From sequence record MW883059: 64,000 bases of DNA; one strand, 5' to 3'. The notes under the pieces are model-generated. The model did not search any database. It saw only the letters and a program-made list of their open reading frames with translations, and was not told the DNA's origin. The DNA comes from Escherichia phage vB_EcoM_SYGD1. Positions 11,771 to 29,100 of this stretch are shown one piece after another (position 1 is the stretch's first letter; each line of letters opens with the position of its first letter). The position numbers and the translations under genes were made by a program.

Positions 11771-11788
11771 TAGGGGCCGAAGCCCCAC
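11771..11788 (-). terminator. Hairpin (terminator-like) directly after gene 18
   Basis: GGGGC-CGAA-GCCCC; minus-strand downstream tract tattctc is only weakly U-rich. Confidence 0.4.
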
Positions 11789-11794
11789 AATCAA

Positions 11795-13774
11795 TTAACC
11801 TGCAAGACCAGTTAACTCATCGAAATCTGCACCAGTAGCAGTTGCGACGAAATTAAGTTGGATATAATTTATACTACGAGCCGGTTGGATGTAGAATGTT
11901 GCAACAAACTCATTTCTATCAATTACTGACGGAGTGTTATTTGTTGTATCGCAAACTACACGATATTCATAAATTCCACCGAGAGCTTTAATTCCCTGTA
12001 AGTATTGGGCAGTTTCTGTGCGGAATGATGAACGAGTAAACGCGTTGTTTAATTCGAACAAACGATATTTTGAACTACGTCCGATATTCGTTTTCAACAT
12101 ATTAAACAGACGACGAACGTTAATACGATCAAATGGAGAAGGAACAGAAGTAGCTGTTTTATCACCATACAATACGTAACCATCACCACCTGTACCAGTT
12201 ACTGGGTTGATAGCTTCTTGATATAAACGGTCGCGCTGAGCTTGGCGAGTTTCAATAGCAAGTTTAATAACGTTAAGAATCTGGCCGCGATTATAACCAG
12301 CTGGAGACATCCAAGTCTGAGAAACGTTATCGGTTCTTGCACATAAACCGGCAATATCAGCTGCTAATGGAACCCAGCGATTGACATCATTATATTTGTC
12401 ATACTGATATTTGTAGTTACCATCAATTGCTGCGTAGGTTGAACTGATATTAAAGTTATTATCAGTGTATGAACCTGTTGCGGTTCTCCAATTGACTAAG
12501 TTATCAACAGCGCGAGTTACAGGAATTCCAACTACAGTTTCGCGCGGTGGTGAGCACAATACTAAGCAATCCTGGCGAGCATCCCCAATTGAAACGACGT
12601 GTTTTTGGACAGTAGATGCTGTTTCTAAAGATTCGCCGGCACAAGAACCCGCAATAAACAACTGAACGTCAACAGATTCGCGGTCAGCAAAGAAGTCCCA
12701 AGCTTCCATCAAATCTCCTGCTGTTACTTCAGCATTTGATGATAATCCACCAGACAGAGTTAAAATTCCAGAGAATCCTTCTGGCCAATTTTGTGCAGTT
12801 GCAAAAATATATTCTGAACCGCCTTTTGCGAAAAAGTCATCAATATAGATGTTACTGTCATAAATGTCTTTTTCACCATGCTTTGTTGAAAGAACAATAC
12901 TTTGAACAATAGCATCATTACGGCGAACTATAATAGCGTATTGTGAATCAGTTTGTGGTCCATATCCAAACACTGCCTTAGCAGTAGATGCGCGTGTTCC
13001 GCCACCTGGATAAATTGGGAGTAATGCAGAAGCACCTTTTGCGTAGTCAGCTTTAGATACGATTTCAATTTCGATTTTATCGCCCAACTCGCCTGGATAA
13101 AGAGCTACTACTCCTGGAATTCCATATTTTTCGAGATTTGCTTGAAATTCAACCGCTGTCATAGCAGCTTCGGCATTTTCAATCTCAGCTAATAAAATAC
13201 CGGAATCAGTAATGATTTTTCCAAGAGTTATTACTGCAGCTAAACCAGATGAAGACGAAGAAATTTCCGCGGTCCAATTAGAACCTAACGCTGGATACTC
13301 ACCGACTTCTTTCGCTTTAGCGATAATTTTTGCAGTAGGAATATTAATTTTCTTAATTTTTCCATCAGCATCTACTTCGGTAATTTTACCTTCCGTTTCA
13401 ATGTCTTCTGAAACATACTTAACTGTGATTTTATCTCCAACCGCGTAGTTACTACCTGGGGTAGAAATAGTGTATTCAATATTACCAGCAATCGGAGATG
13501 AGTTTTTAGCGGTATCTCTATCGACAGCACGCACAACTCGCAAATCATTTCCGTATTGTAAGAAATTCATTGCAGACATAAAATAGTCAGCAGTTTCAGC
13601 TGTAGGTTGACCAAAAGTATTAACTAAATCTACTTCATTTGTAACCTGTTTGATCTGAAAAGCAGGACCCCACTGGAATTTACCGGCCAAAGCTGCTGTA
13701 CCAGTAGAGTTATTAACCACGGTGCTTTGAACCGTAGTTTCTTTGAGCTCAATGCCCGGAGATAATAAAGTCAT
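11795..13774 (-). CDS. 18: gp18 contractile tail sheath protein
   Basis: ORF track 659 aa; length and N-terminus MTLLSPGIELKETT as T4 gp18. Confidence 0.9.
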   Translation of the reverse strand: MTLLSPGIELKETTVQSTVVNNSTGTAALAGKFQWGPAFQIKQVTNEVDLVNTFGQPTAETADYFMSAMNFLQYGNDLRVVRAVDRDTAKNSSPIAGNIEYTISTPGSNYAVGDKITVKYVSEDIETEGKITEVDADGKIKKINIPTAKIIAKAKEVGEYPALGSNWTAEISSSSSGLAAVITLGKIITDSGILLAEIENAEAAMTAVEFQANLEKYGIPGVVALYPGELGDKIEIEIVSKADYAKGASALLPIYPGGGTRASTAKAVFGYGPQTDSQYAIIVRRNDAIVQSIVLSTKHGEKDIYDSNIYIDDFFAKGGSEYIFATAQNWPEGFSGILTLSGGLSSNAEVTAGDLMEAWDFFADRESVDVQLFIAGSCAGESLETASTVQKHVVSIGDARQDCLVLCSPPRETVVGIPVTRAVDNLVNWRTATGSYTDNNFNISSTYAAIDGNYKYQYDKYNDVNRWVPLAADIAGLCARTDNVSQTWMSPAGYNRGQILNVIKLAIETRQAQRDRLYQEAINPVTGTGGDGYVLYGDKTATSVPSPFDRINVRRLFNMLKTNIGRSSKYRLFELNNAFTRSSFRTETAQYLQGIKALGGIYEYRVVCDTTNNTPSVIDRNEFVATFYIQPARSINYIQLNFVATATGADFDELTGLAG

Positions 13775-13802
13775 TTTTAATCCTCTTTAATATGCTTTAA
13801 TA

Positions 13803-16943
<3,141 letters not shown>

Positions 16944-16984
16944 GATTTCTCCTAATCTGGGCTTTAATTAGTTTATAATATTTA

Positions 16985-18686
<1,702 letters not shown>

Positions 18687-18698
18687 TTAAAATCCTTT

Positions 18699-18714
18699 GG
18701 GGCCTTGCGGCCCC
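18699..18714 (-). other. GC hairpin between fibritin and gene 13
   Basis: GGGGCC-TTGC-GGCCCC; not followed by a clear U-tract, so terminator function is uncertain. Confidence 0.35.
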
Positions 18715-18717
18715 ATG

Positions 18718-20175
18718 TTATGCTGGTGATAAAAAGGTAGAAAGTAGTACCCATTCGCCGTCTTTACGAACGTAAGCTTGGCCATCTTTTGGAGCTTCAG
18801 GGATATAACCTGCTTCTTGTAGAGCTTGAACATCCCCCTGTAATGAAGATACATTACTTTTAATACTACGCATTTCTTGATTAATAGAAGAAATGTTAGT
18901 TTCATTAGCTTTTATTGAATTAGTTAATCCGCGCTCTTCTACTGTTGAACCATTTGGATTTGTGCCGCTTACTAGTTTATTTAGTGCAACAACTTGGCCT
19001 TTAATTCCAGTAGTGTTATTACCAATTTCAACTTGTAAGTTTTGAACATCATTGTTCAGTCTATTAACTGAAGTTTCAACAGTTGAAACCCTATTTAAAA
19101 GAGACCCAGGAGGAGAAGGCTGACCTCCACTAGAATCAGTTCCAACGATTTGGTTTAGCCATGAAACGTTTGCTCGTAGTCCAGATGAAGTGTTTTCACC
19201 AACAATTCCATTTAAAAACTCAATTGATGTGGTATTATCTTTAATTTGACCTTTAATACTAGAAGGAATATCATCTGAGCCAATTGACGTTTCAATGACA
19301 GTCAATCGTTGTTTAATACCTCCGCTTTTATTTAGTTCATCATTTAAAGCTGAAATTTCTTGTGTATTAGTGTTAACATCTGTGATTATTGAAGTATTTC
19401 CTGGATATCCAATAGAAGTTTTGATAGATTTAATTTCGGAACTAAGATTAATCTGCGATTGATCTAAATTATGAACACGTGAATATATGCTTTCACTGAA
19501 TGAAGATGGTCTTTGTCCAAGTTCTTGTCTAAGATTTCCGACTTCAATTGTCAGTGAACCTACATCAGATTCAATAAATTTTTCTTCCAAATCACTTAGA
19601 CGTATTCCTTGGGAAGTTATAGCATCTGTATTATTAATGATGCGGTGCTTCATACCCGTGCTGCTATTTCCTACAACAGGAAGACCATTAATGTCTTGCC
19701 CAGCATATTGTCCTAATTCCCTTTTAATCCATAACAAATCATTTCTAATCGTTCTATAAACTGAATTTGCTTGCGAATTAAATGGACCAATATCAGAAAG
19801 AATATTATCAACCGTAGTATTTGTACCATTTAATATATCAGTATGTTCATTCGTGAGTGTCTTTAAATTTGATATATCATTTTTATTAACACTGATCTGT
19901 GATAGCGCTTCTATATCTCCTGATACATCTAAAATGCCTTGAATGGTTTTAATATCTTCCTGAGATGTTTCAATGGCAGTTTTAAGAATTCCTACATTTT
20001 CGTCGAGAACCTCGACATTTTTAAACACAGAAACAGTTGGTCTATTCATTGACCCATCGTTTCCATACTTAGTACTAGCTCCTAATATTTCTTCACCATT
20101 TTTAATCCATGAAATACGTTCCTGACCTTCGCCAGGAACGCTATCAACAAAAGGTAACTCTTTTAATTCAATCAT
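18718..20175 (-). CDS. wac: fibritin (whisker antigen control) with C-terminal foldon
   Basis: ORF track 485 aa; C-terminal [27 protein letters not shown] is the fibritin foldon. Confidence 0.9.
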   Translation of the reverse strand: MIELKELPFVDSVPGEGQERISWIKNGEEILGASTKYGNDGSMNRPTVSVFKNVEVLDENVGILKTAIETSQEDIKTIQGILDVSGDIEALSQISVNKNDISNLKTLTNEHTDILNGTNTTVDNILSDIGPFNSQANSVYRTIRNDLLWIKRELGQYAGQDINGLPVVGNSSTGMKHRIINNTDAITSQGIRLSDLEEKFIESDVGSLTIEVGNLRQELGQRPSSFSESIYSRVHNLDQSQINLSSEIKSIKTSIGYPGNTSIITDVNTNTQEISALNDELNKSGGIKQRLTVIETSIGSDDIPSSIKGQIKDNTTSIEFLNGIVGENTSSGLRANVSWLNQIVGTDSSGGQPSPPGSLLNRVSTVETSVNRLNNDVQNLQVEIGNNTTGIKGQVVALNKLVSGTNPNGSTVEERGLTNSIKANETNISSINQEMRSIKSNVSSLQGDVQALQEAGYIPEAPKDGQAYVRKDGEWVLLSTFLSPA

Positions 20176-20184
20176 TTGTAATCC

Positions 20185-21741
20185 TTAGTAATGAATTTTA
20201 ATAATATAGTTTAATGATATATTCCATGGTCTAGTTTCATATCCGATAAGTCCTTCACGGTTTAACGTGCCAAACGAGTCACGAGCACCACCCATTTCAA
20301 ATCCGTCGTTAGTAAAGAACAAATGGTTGTCCCAGTCGGCGCTTTTACCATTGCCTAAATATCCATTGCCATTAGATGCGCCAAACGGTGCATAACCTCT
20401 GTTATTTCCATTTTCCCCCCAGGCACCAGCATGTTTATGGTATGACATTTGTTGTGCCTGAACACCGCCAACATGCATTCCGTCACATCCTACACCAAGT
20501 CTATCCTTCCCGTAGCCATCTTGTCCTCGTTGATTTAAAATATGACTGCCGGTACCAGCTCCTCTAACAAAAAGACCTCGCATATCAGGAATACCAGGAT
20601 TATTCCAATCACCGCCAAATCTTGTTCCAACCACATTTCGATAGTCCGGAAATTGGTCTCCAGAAATGGTCCCACCATGACATAAAACCCAACCTGGAGG
20701 AGCGCTATCACCTGCGAACATTTGAATTGTTCCAACAGGAACACGTTCAGATGCATATCTCTCTGTTGCAACTGGCTGGTCACCGTTTTTCCACATTCCG
20801 CCGCGCGACCAAATTCCGTTTGCTGTAAGATGGTCTAAATTTAAAGAACCATTAATAGTTTGTCCACCACGAGTATTAATTACATCTGCGTTCCATGCTA
20901 ATGCACCAGAGCTATCACCTTCAGGGGCAATACCGGCTTGCGTCGTTAATTTTACCACCCCACGCATAGAACCAGTAGCTCCTCGACCATTTAGTGTTTC
21001 ACCTGTTACTGCAACATCTCCTAAATTACTGTTAATTTCCGATTGTGTCCCTAAACGTATAACACCCTTATATTCTTGTGTTGCAACAGAATTCATAAAG
21101 GTATACGGAGAAATTGCATATCCTTCGCGGAGAGTTCCTTGACGAATTTGTGCAACAGTAGATAATTGAACTACTCCTCTCACCGATTCTGTTGCAGTGT
21201 CTTCTGAAGGAGCTATTTGCGAAATTAATTTTATTGCAAGTTTTTGGGTTTTTAGCGGAGTCATCGCAGTAGTATCATCAACTCCAGCCAAAGCTGCAGG
21301 TGTAGATGATATTTTAATAACCCCGTTTGATGACTCAGACGAATATCTATTTTTGAACACATCGTCAGTGTGGTATTTCAGTTTTTGTGGTGTTATTGAT
21401 GAATTATTATCTGAGCCTTTTAATGTTTCTTCATTTGTTGAATAACGCGTTAAACCATATTTAGTTTCAGTAGCATTTGGATACAATAATCTTGTTGCTA
21501 ATGTAGCTGGTGTAACGATTTTAGAATTATTAGTTCCATCTAAAACCTCTTGCTCTGACGCAATCATTGCTATTCCTTTAACTTCCATAGTTGCGTCAGG
21601 AATACCATTTACGCCGATATTACTTATTTTTGATAATGCAGACTGTACTGTCGTAACAGTGCCAGGAAAATTCGATCCAGTAGGATCGAATTTAACATAT
21701 TTTGATTCATTTGATACGTGCTGATATGTATTGTTACTCAT
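20185..21741 (-). CDS. 12: gp12 short tail fibre
   Basis: ORF track 518 aa; synteny; T4 gp12-like repeats. Confidence 0.85.
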   Translation of the reverse strand: MSNNTYQHVSNESKYVKFDPTGSNFPGTVTTVQSALSKISNIGVNGIPDATMEVKGIAMIASEQEVLDGTNNSKIVTPATLATRLLYPNATETKYGLTRYSTNEETLKGSDNNSSITPQKLKYHTDDVFKNRYSSESSNGVIKISSTPAALAGVDDTTAMTPLKTQKLAIKLISQIAPSEDTATESVRGVVQLSTVAQIRQGTLREGYAISPYTFMNSVATQEYKGVIRLGTQSEINSNLGDVAVTGETLNGRGATGSMRGVVKLTTQAGIAPEGDSSGALAWNADVINTRGGQTINGSLNLDHLTANGIWSRGGMWKNGDQPVATERYASERVPVGTIQMFAGDSAPPGWVLCHGGTISGDQFPDYRNVVGTRFGGDWNNPGIPDMRGLFVRGAGTGSHILNQRGQDGYGKDRLGVGCDGMHVGGVQAQQMSYHKHAGAWGENGNNRGYAPFGASNGNGYLGNGKSADWDNHLFFTNDGFEMGGARDSFGTLNREGLIGYETRPWNISLNYIIKIHY

Positions 21742-22397
21742 GCTACTCTCTCAAAATAATAAAATACTGTAGGTTGTGTGTGACTATCTAGCGTAACAGT
21801 TTGCGCACCTAATAATTGCCAAGTTCCATACCCAGGTTTAGAAGGAGAAATTATTTCCTGTTTGAAAGTAATTCCTTTATCAGAGTATTGTTCTAAGATA
21901 TGTTCTTGGTTATCTAAATACTTAACTTGTATTTTATTTCCTATGGTAGGATGGTCTTCAAATGAATCAATTGCAATAAATTTTACAACCATTTCCTGTA
22001 GAGCTATTCTAACGGCACTAGTAAATTCAATTGAAGTCATTCCATTAGTAGCTTTAACTGGAATGCCAAACATGTTAACAATAACTGGGTCACCCGGTTT
22101 AGCTGAAGTATCAGTAACAGTTCCGTCAAATGACCAATAGTCTGTTTGCTGCACGCCAGTAGGAGATACGCCGCTTATATTAACTAATACAGCTCCAACT
22201 TGTTGCTCTGCCATATTTCTAACATCATTGATAGCAGATTCTACATTTGGGTCATAAAAACCTTTTGCTATTTGTGAAATTGTTACAGCGCCTACTGGCT
22301 GATTATTCATAACCGAAATATCATTTTTCTTAGTTCTAAAACCAAGAAAATCTGCTAAGCGGGAAATAACTCCCGCTTTATTATTAAGTAAACTCAT
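21738..22397 (-). CDS. 11: gp11 baseplate wedge / short tail fibre connector
   Basis: ORF track starts with TTG at 22415; trimmed to the ATG giving [10 protein letters not shown] (219 aa as T4 gp11); TAATG overlap with gene 10 stop. Confidence 0.85.
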   Translation of the reverse strand: MSLLNNKAGVISRLADFLGFRTKKNDISVMNNQPVGAVTISQIAKGFYDPNVESAINDVRNMAEQQVGAVLVNISGVSPTGVQQTDYWSFDGTVTDTSAKPGDPVIVNMFGIPVKATNGMTSIEFTSAVRIALQEMVVKFIAIDSFEDHPTIGNKIQVKYLDNQEHILEQYSDKGITFKQEIISPSKPGYGTWQLLGAQTVTLDSHTQPTVFYYFERVA

Positions 22398-24202
22398 TAT
22401 GCAATCCTTATCCAACGGTATACAGTAATAGACGGTTGAATATTACTAATATTAGCAGGAGGAGTATGTGAAGAGTTTGTTGTTGCGTAATCTTCACGAT
22501 ATTTTGTATATATAGGACCAGTTTCATCTGGGTCATATTGGCAACCTCCAATAATAACCGATCCATTTTCGTCTTCAATTAAAACTCTTTCGTCGGTTTT
22601 AGTTGCAGGAAGATTTGCGTTTTCAAGCGTTACTGATGTTGTTCCAACTGTTCCACCGGCAGTATGTGAAGGATTTCCGCTAGAATCTAAATCATTGTTG
22701 TTTAAAGCAAAGTTTGGATCTGTAACATCATCATTCCATCCTACTAAAACTTGTCCTTTACCAAATAATTTCCACGAACCAAACCCCATATAAGTCACCG
22801 GATTATTTGGGTTTATAGCATTTTCATAAATTGAACCTACGGGATAAATGCTATCGAAAATAGATGATATTGAATTATACGTTCTAGTATAAGAATCAAC
22901 TTTTTCAACATTTGGCCAACCGATTTTATCAAAATCTGTTAAGGCTACATCCCCAGTAACTTCAGTAGATGATCCTTTACTAACATAACGGTCATCAGTT
23001 AATTCAATAATGTCATCTTTTTCTAAAAGAGTTCCTAAATCATTATTAAACCATGTTATAACGATTATATCACCTGATTCAAATTTTCTATCAAATAAAA
23101 GACTGACAGGTTTTCCATCTTCATATTCTATAGAATAATCTGTGTTAGATTCTTTCCATTCACCACCAAGAGATATACATCCTGCTTGCGTATCTGAGTT
23201 AGCACCTTCACACAAAAACAGAGGATATCCTGCTGTTCCAGCCTGTTGTTGTAAAATTCCATTAAAACGAACTTCAAGAGAATTAGGATTAATAGGTTCT
23301 CCAGGAATTAATCCAAATGCAGAGAATGGAATTGATTTCATTGTTGATAAATCAGTAACGTAAATACTTCCTTCTAAAGAAGTTTTTGACGTTAATTTTG
23401 AATCTAATACTTTTATTTGGCGTCTTGTATATGAACTTCTCCATTGTGATATACCATCCATAAATGTTTCAATTTGAACAGTGTCACCAATATTACAAGG
23501 CTGTCTTAACCTAATATTAAATCCATCAAGAGGAATCAATTCTCCTTCATTTTCCCCAGGAGAGCCAAAGTCACTGTTTTCACTAAATACATCGCCGTAA
23601 TATAATTCATTACCACGGTGTTTTACTCGGATGTTATTAACATTATAGCTAGTTCCGCGGAAAACATCTAAAAAGTCTGTTTGTCCTTGAACTTCGACTA
23701 AAAATTCTTTACGTGCTACATTACTAATATCTGAACTAATAATTTTGTCAATTTGTTTGTTTTTGACATATTCCCAACGTCCTGGAGCACAATAAACGAG
23801 CTCTAAATCACTAAATTGAATATTAATTTCAACTGACGATGACGACCCTTTAATTGTATCCCCAGAAGCAGCTACTAAAGTAACTGGATTAATGTTCCAT
23901 GTTGCAAATACATCCCTAGCTCTAATTACTTTATTATAATCATTAACAGTTCCTTTAGGAAGTTGTAAAGTTACTCTTCCAGAAGAGGTATTAATAGCGT
24001 ATGATTTTCCCCACTTAGCTTTTAATGTTTGACCGGATGAAGCATTATAAGTTTTCCAGGCACCGGCTGAATATGGAACATCTCCATCGCCAAGTTCATA
24101 ATAAAGTTCATCAAAGTTTTCATTTATTTTTATACCACCTTTACGCAGGTAGTCACCGGTACCATCATCAACAACATTACCGATATTAATATTTTGTTTC
24201 AT
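22397..24202 (-). CDS. 10: gp10 baseplate wedge protein
   Basis: ORF track 601 aa; synteny. Confidence 0.85.
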   Translation of the reverse strand: MKQNINIGNVVDDGTGDYLRKGGIKINENFDELYYELGDGDVPYSAGAWKTYNASSGQTLKAKWGKSYAINTSSGRVTLQLPKGTVNDYNKVIRARDVFATWNINPVTLVAASGDTIKGSSSSVEINIQFSDLELVYCAPGRWEYVKNKQIDKIISSDISNVARKEFLVEVQGQTDFLDVFRGTSYNVNNIRVKHRGNELYYGDVFSENSDFGSPGENEGELIPLDGFNIRLRQPCNIGDTVQIETFMDGISQWRSSYTRRQIKVLDSKLTSKTSLEGSIYVTDLSTMKSIPFSAFGLIPGEPINPNSLEVRFNGILQQQAGTAGYPLFLCEGANSDTQAGCISLGGEWKESNTDYSIEYEDGKPVSLLFDRKFESGDIIVITWFNNDLGTLLEKDDIIELTDDRYVSKGSSTEVTGDVALTDFDKIGWPNVEKVDSYTRTYNSISSIFDSIYPVGSIYENAINPNNPVTYMGFGSWKLFGKGQVLVGWNDDVTDPNFALNNNDLDSSGNPSHTAGGTVGTTSVTLENANLPATKTDERVLIEDENGSVIIGGCQYDPDETGPIYTKYREDYATTNSSHTPPANISNIQPSITVYRWIRIA

Positions 24203-25068
24203 TATTGAGCCACCCCGATTTTCTGCGTAGCGATAACTTTAACTGCTGCTCTCATACCGACAGTTGAAGAACTTATAGTCGCCGTTACATAATTTTCTTT
24301 AATACTAAATGCAATATTAGCGATTTCGTCTTCTTCGGTTTCATTCCCAACCCGCATGACAGCATATTCAGAAGAAATGACCGTTGAATTAACAGTATCT
24401 ACAAGAATATTTATTTCTGCCGTTTTAATTTTTCTTCCATCTACCGATTGACACGTAACTAGTAATTTAGCCATATTGTATTCAGTACGATGAAATAATG
24501 GAATGTCAACTGATCCGGATGTAGAAATATTCCATGTACCTTCAGCCGGTGATTCCTTTTGGCCAAACATACTTTCAATAGAATAATTCCAAACTGACGT
24601 AGAATTATCAGATGAAATACAACGTAAAGTAACTTTACTATATGGGCTAGTTACTACCAAATTACCTGAAACACCTTTAATTGAATCAATCGCTTGAATC
24701 GTTAAAGGATTGGTAACTGATATAGATCCATTTGAGTTAATAAATTCAACGCAATCACCAAGTTCGCCTCTTTCAATGATAACTTTAACACCTACAGCAG
24801 AGGTATCAATATCGTGTCTAGTACCAACTTTCACCGGAGTTGCGTACTCTGTGATAGAATGCTTTTGATAATATCCAGTAGCATGGATAATTTGGCCGTC
24901 AGCACCAGTACCATTTGCTACTGCCATTTTACGCTGATCGCCAAACGCGTTATAAATTGCATTAAAATCACTATTAATTTTATTACCACCGTCGAATAAG
25001 ATATCACCAGTAGAAGCGTTACCAATTTCGCCGGTATCAATCAATTTCTTTGGTTCTTGAATGAACAT
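24202..25068 (-). CDS. 9: gp9 baseplate wedge, long tail fibre socket
   Basis: ORF track 288 aa; synteny. Confidence 0.85.
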   Translation of the reverse strand: MFIQEPKKLIDTGEIGNASTGDILFDGGNKINSDFNAIYNAFGDQRKMAVANGTGADGQIIHATGYYQKHSITEYATPVKVGTRHDIDTSAVGVKVIIERGELGDCVEFINSNGSISVTNPLTIQAIDSIKGVSGNLVVTSPYSKVTLRCISSDNSTSVWNYSIESMFGQKESPAEGTWNISTSGSVDIPLFHRTEYNMAKLLVTCQSVDGRKIKTAEINILVDTVNSTVISSEYAVMRVGNETEEDEIANIAFSIKENYVTATISSSTVGMRAAVKVIATQKIGVAQ

Positions 25069-25092
25069 AGCGGTTTCCTTATGAGTTTATAG

Positions 25093-25100
25093 TATTTATA
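25093..25100 (-). promoter_or_regulatory. Late promoter TATAAATA for gene 9
   Basis: plus-strand tatttata 25 bp upstream of gene 9 ATG. Confidence 0.55.
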
Positions 25101-25128
25101 AAGAAAAAGGGAGCCCATGGGCTCCCTT
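25101..25128 (-). terminator. Intrinsic terminator after gene 8
   Basis: hairpin AGGGAGCCC-ATG-GGGCTCCCT followed on the minus strand by ttttcttt. Confidence 0.6.
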
Positions 25129-25131
25129 AAT

Positions 25132-26136
25132 TTAAAATGTAAACAGAATATTGATTTCTTCTGTCTGATCCATTGCCATGATAATAGGTGGCCTATTTTC
25201 CATATAAATCATTTCGCCCGAATGCCTCATTAAATCTTCTGGATCATAATAATCCTTTTCAGCTTTAACATTTGGGTCATTTGGATGAGCTTTAGCTTCA
25301 AGAGGATTTGTGATTATTGATATTTGTCTAAATCCTTTATTTCCTGGCAATGCAGCATCAGGAAAGTAAACTGAATCTAAATATGCTTTAAAACGGATAG
25401 TATTTGCCTTAACCCGGTAAATTAATCCAAAATCATCTTGTTGCCAAGTGAGATTATCTTCATACCCCCATCTAGTTGGATCTTCTTTTAATTCCTCAGG
25501 CCAAGGAACTACGATATATTCATTTGTGCATCTATTTATAGATACATCGGGCGGAATCTCAAAAAGATATTCCCAAACATATCCGTCTCCAGGTTCGATT
25601 GTTCCTTCCACATCTCCTCGACCTTCAGGAGGAGTCATTGACCTAACAGAAGGAGTCCATTTTCCGCCTAATTTGAGGCATTCATCCTTATTAGTTAAAG
25701 ATGCTATTGAACACATTCCGGTATCAGGAACATCTAAACAACGATATACTAACCAGCCTGCGCCTGATTCAGTAGCGTTGTAAGGAGCTGAGTTACACAC
25801 TACAATATCGTTAATTCTAAATGTGTATGGATCCGGATATCTAGTATCTCCCCAATCTCTGCGAGGAATAACAGCGTCAAGCATTGATGGAAGAACTTTT
25901 ACTGTTCCCATCATATGCGTCCACATGTCAGTTACGCCTAATACAGAATCGGTTGGATAAGGTGGGGCAAAGCCCACCTCATTTTCATTTGATGACCACG
26001 GTTCTGATCTTCCAAATGTGATAAAGATAGTGTTTTTATCCGGACCACTCCCAATTGAATTATAAAAATTCAACATTTTTTCTGTTCTAAATTTTGAAGT
26101 AACTATCGCACGATAGATAACACTTGAATCATTCAT
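25132..26136 (-). CDS. 8: gp8 baseplate wedge protein
   Basis: ORF track 334 aa; synteny. Confidence 0.85.
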   Translation of the reverse strand: MNDSSVIYRAIVTSKFRTEKMLNFYNSIGSGPDKNTIFITFGRSEPWSSNENEVGFAPPYPTDSVLGVTDMWTHMMGTVKVLPSMLDAVIPRRDWGDTRYPDPYTFRINDIVVCNSAPYNATESGAGWLVYRCLDVPDTGMCSIASLTNKDECLKLGGKWTPSVRSMTPPEGRGDVEGTIEPGDGYVWEYLFEIPPDVSINRCTNEYIVVPWPEELKEDPTRWGYEDNLTWQQDDFGLIYRVKANTIRFKAYLDSVYFPDAALPGNKGFRQISIITNPLEAKAHPNDPNVKAEKDYYDPEDLMRHSGEMIYMENRPPIIMAMDQTEEINILFTF

Positions 26137-29100
26137 CTATTTTAACCTGTGTTGGATTTTCAGGGTCTCTTGGATTTCCTATATTATCTTTTAGACGTTT
26201 ATTAACTAAATCCCTAAACTGTGCAAATGTTGTTCCAGATGCGTCAAATAGAGGACTCATTAACTTGCGTCGTTCAGAAGGCAATTGACCTTGAAATATT
26301 GAATTATTATTTTCAGCATTATAGTCATCAGGAAGAGGATATTCTACACCAGCCATTGGGCCAGGTTCATAAATTGCTTCGCCTGTTACTGAGTCATGCT
26401 CAATTTCACCGGTTGGAGTTAATTTAGCTACTCTATCAGCATATTCAGTAGGCAATCCAGAATCCCATTTATAGTTTTTGTATTTATTAATTATAGTCTC
26501 TGTATGTTTAAGAGTTAAACCAACATTAATAAACATTGTTAAAAGGGTAATTGCTATAAATCCAAATCCTACTGGATGAACAAAACGAATAACGTCAGAT
26601 TTCCAGCGGGAAGAAGGTAAATTGGATTTAATTTTCATTACATAATATGATCTACTTCTATTAATATAGTCTATATTATTTTGAAGCAAATCCTTTCCTT
26701 TAACCCCGCGAATAATTTCGCCTTCGAAACTAGGGAGTCTTTCTGCTTTAACTTCTTGACCGGCAATTAATCTTCCCAAAAGATTATGAATAGTTACGGT
26801 CCATTGCAATTTGCCATTGGAATAGCTTCTTTCTATATAAGTAACATTACATCTTCCTGTAGCAGTATAAATCGTTTGTCCTACTAAATCTTCAGTCAAA
26901 GAATCAGATTGAACGATTATATCATATTCAGTACCAGCCCCAGATTCAATTTCAATTTCAACTTCTTCATTATAAAGAACTTTAAAAAGAAATTTGTATG
27001 ATGCTTCAATTCCTTTAGTAGAATAAAAATCATAGCTACGTGATTCAAAAAATCTTGCAACAGCATCACGTTTGTCAGCATTTAAATAAATGTTTCTTTT
27101 ATATATCTCTGACCACAAATATTCCCACGCATGCTCTTCTCGCGGATATTGGTTACGAATTAAATTTCGTAAATTATTATACTGAGTTCCATATCCATCA
27201 GAAAGATACTGAATATATGCTTCGCAGAATGCCTCAAAATTAGAATCCTGTAGCAAATAAGAATCAGGCATCATTGTGCCAATCAATGGTCTTAAATCAG
27301 GATCAGCTAATCCATGCTCTTCTTCCGGGGACCAAGGAGTTTCACGCTCTTGGTTTTGTAAAAATGCTTTTAAAAATATTCCAGTTGGCTTCCAAATTAT
27401 TTCAACCGTGTCTCTCACTCGATAGTTAAAATCATAGTAAGAAATTATTTCACCAGAAGATTTATAAAAAAGCATCCCAGACGCGTATTTTTTAAATCCC
27501 GTGAATTTAACATTTGGCATTACTATCGTACAATCACCATCATCCCAATATTCATGAACTAATCTATCTGGCGATGTTTCCGGAATATTTTCTATAACTT
27601 TAGTGTATTTTAAATCAGCATAAACTACTACAGCTCTATCAGAGTTGTTTATCCAACAGCGTGTGTTAGATTTTTTAGACCAGTTAAAGAATGGTTCTGC
27701 ATAGTATTTCATCGGCTGAGGTGTAAAAGTTTCCCAATCAGATTTTTCATCTGCTATAAATGCCATCATATGATAATGCTTATCAGCTAGCCATTCACGA
27801 GGAAATTCATATTTAACAGCACCGATTAACTGATATTTCGCTGCAGTTTCAGGGTCATTAACAATGTTATCACTTAAAAATTTAAAATTACTCGAAGACA
27901 GAGAAACTAATTTACCATCAGTTGACATATTCGCATATCCAGGTTGAATACGTCTTCTTTCTTCTTCAGTGTTGCCAAAAACTCTTTTCCATGTTTTTTC
28001 GTCATGATTTAAAACATATATTCCTTTATCGGCAGAATCAATTATTTTTGATGTTCTAGGATTAGCATTTAATGTTTCAACTTCACCAATAATAAGAGCA
28101 AAAACTTTATCACCGACAGAATCCATTTTATAGCATACTGCTTTAGGATTTCCAGTTATAGTCATCGTATCAGGTTCAAATAGCCTTTCCGAATATGTTG
28201 GAGATAATGGGTCAGAATCTATAGGTGCATTACTCGTTTTTATGTATCTAACTTTGTCTCTGGCGACAACGTAAATGTAATCATCGGTGCAAGTAATAGC
28301 TTCTGCAATGCGGTATACATTAGCTGGCAAAGTCGCGTAAGTGGCAAAAATTTCTACATCAAATCCTAGATGTAATTGGTCGCCAAGTTTAGCAAATGTT
28401 ATATCCTGCGAACTAAATCTGACATCATCAGCTGACCATCTAACATCAGTAGATTTGCGGCCATAGAAAATCTTGTCGTATCCTAGAACGTATGTTGTGT
28501 TTGCAGATTGGTAATATACTGTCTTAGATAAAGGATATCCTACGCGGTCATTGAAGAGTTTTACAGCTTTCCAAGTTTGTCCTTTATCATTAGATACTTT
28601 AACTACAGGTTGATAACGCTCAAAAAGATATAGAATCCCTTCTGATTCCATCAAATAAACTCGGTTAATATCCTTACATACTTGCTGAATAGAACCTTGT
28701 ATTTCATGATACTCATTTTCACCAATAATAAAATTACTTATTGATGAAACATCAACATATGATGGGCTGAATTGAAACGATTCGTTCATCAATGCAGCCA
28801 TTATAGTGTCATTGTTAAAATTGACATAGTCAGAATTATTAAGAGTAAATTTTTCCTGAATGAATTTATTAGCTAATTGCATTTCAATCATGTTTTGAAA
28901 TATATAAGCGTTTGTAGCAAAAGTTTCAAACTCTTCAGTATAAATCCAATCAGACTGCTCAAAATCCTGCGCAGCTGTAGCTACTCTAATAATGTACGAT
29001 GTCAATGGATTAGCGTTATCAAAAAAGAAGCTGTTATTTGCAGTATATCCTAAGTTAATCCATCTGTATTGATTACTCGGGAGATTTTCCCCCGAGTTTG

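Noticed and set aside
18687-18905. 72-aa minus-strand ORF overlapping the fibritin 3' end
   Set aside because: Out-of-frame overlap with wac; the true downstream gene 13 starts at 18686 with its own SD.
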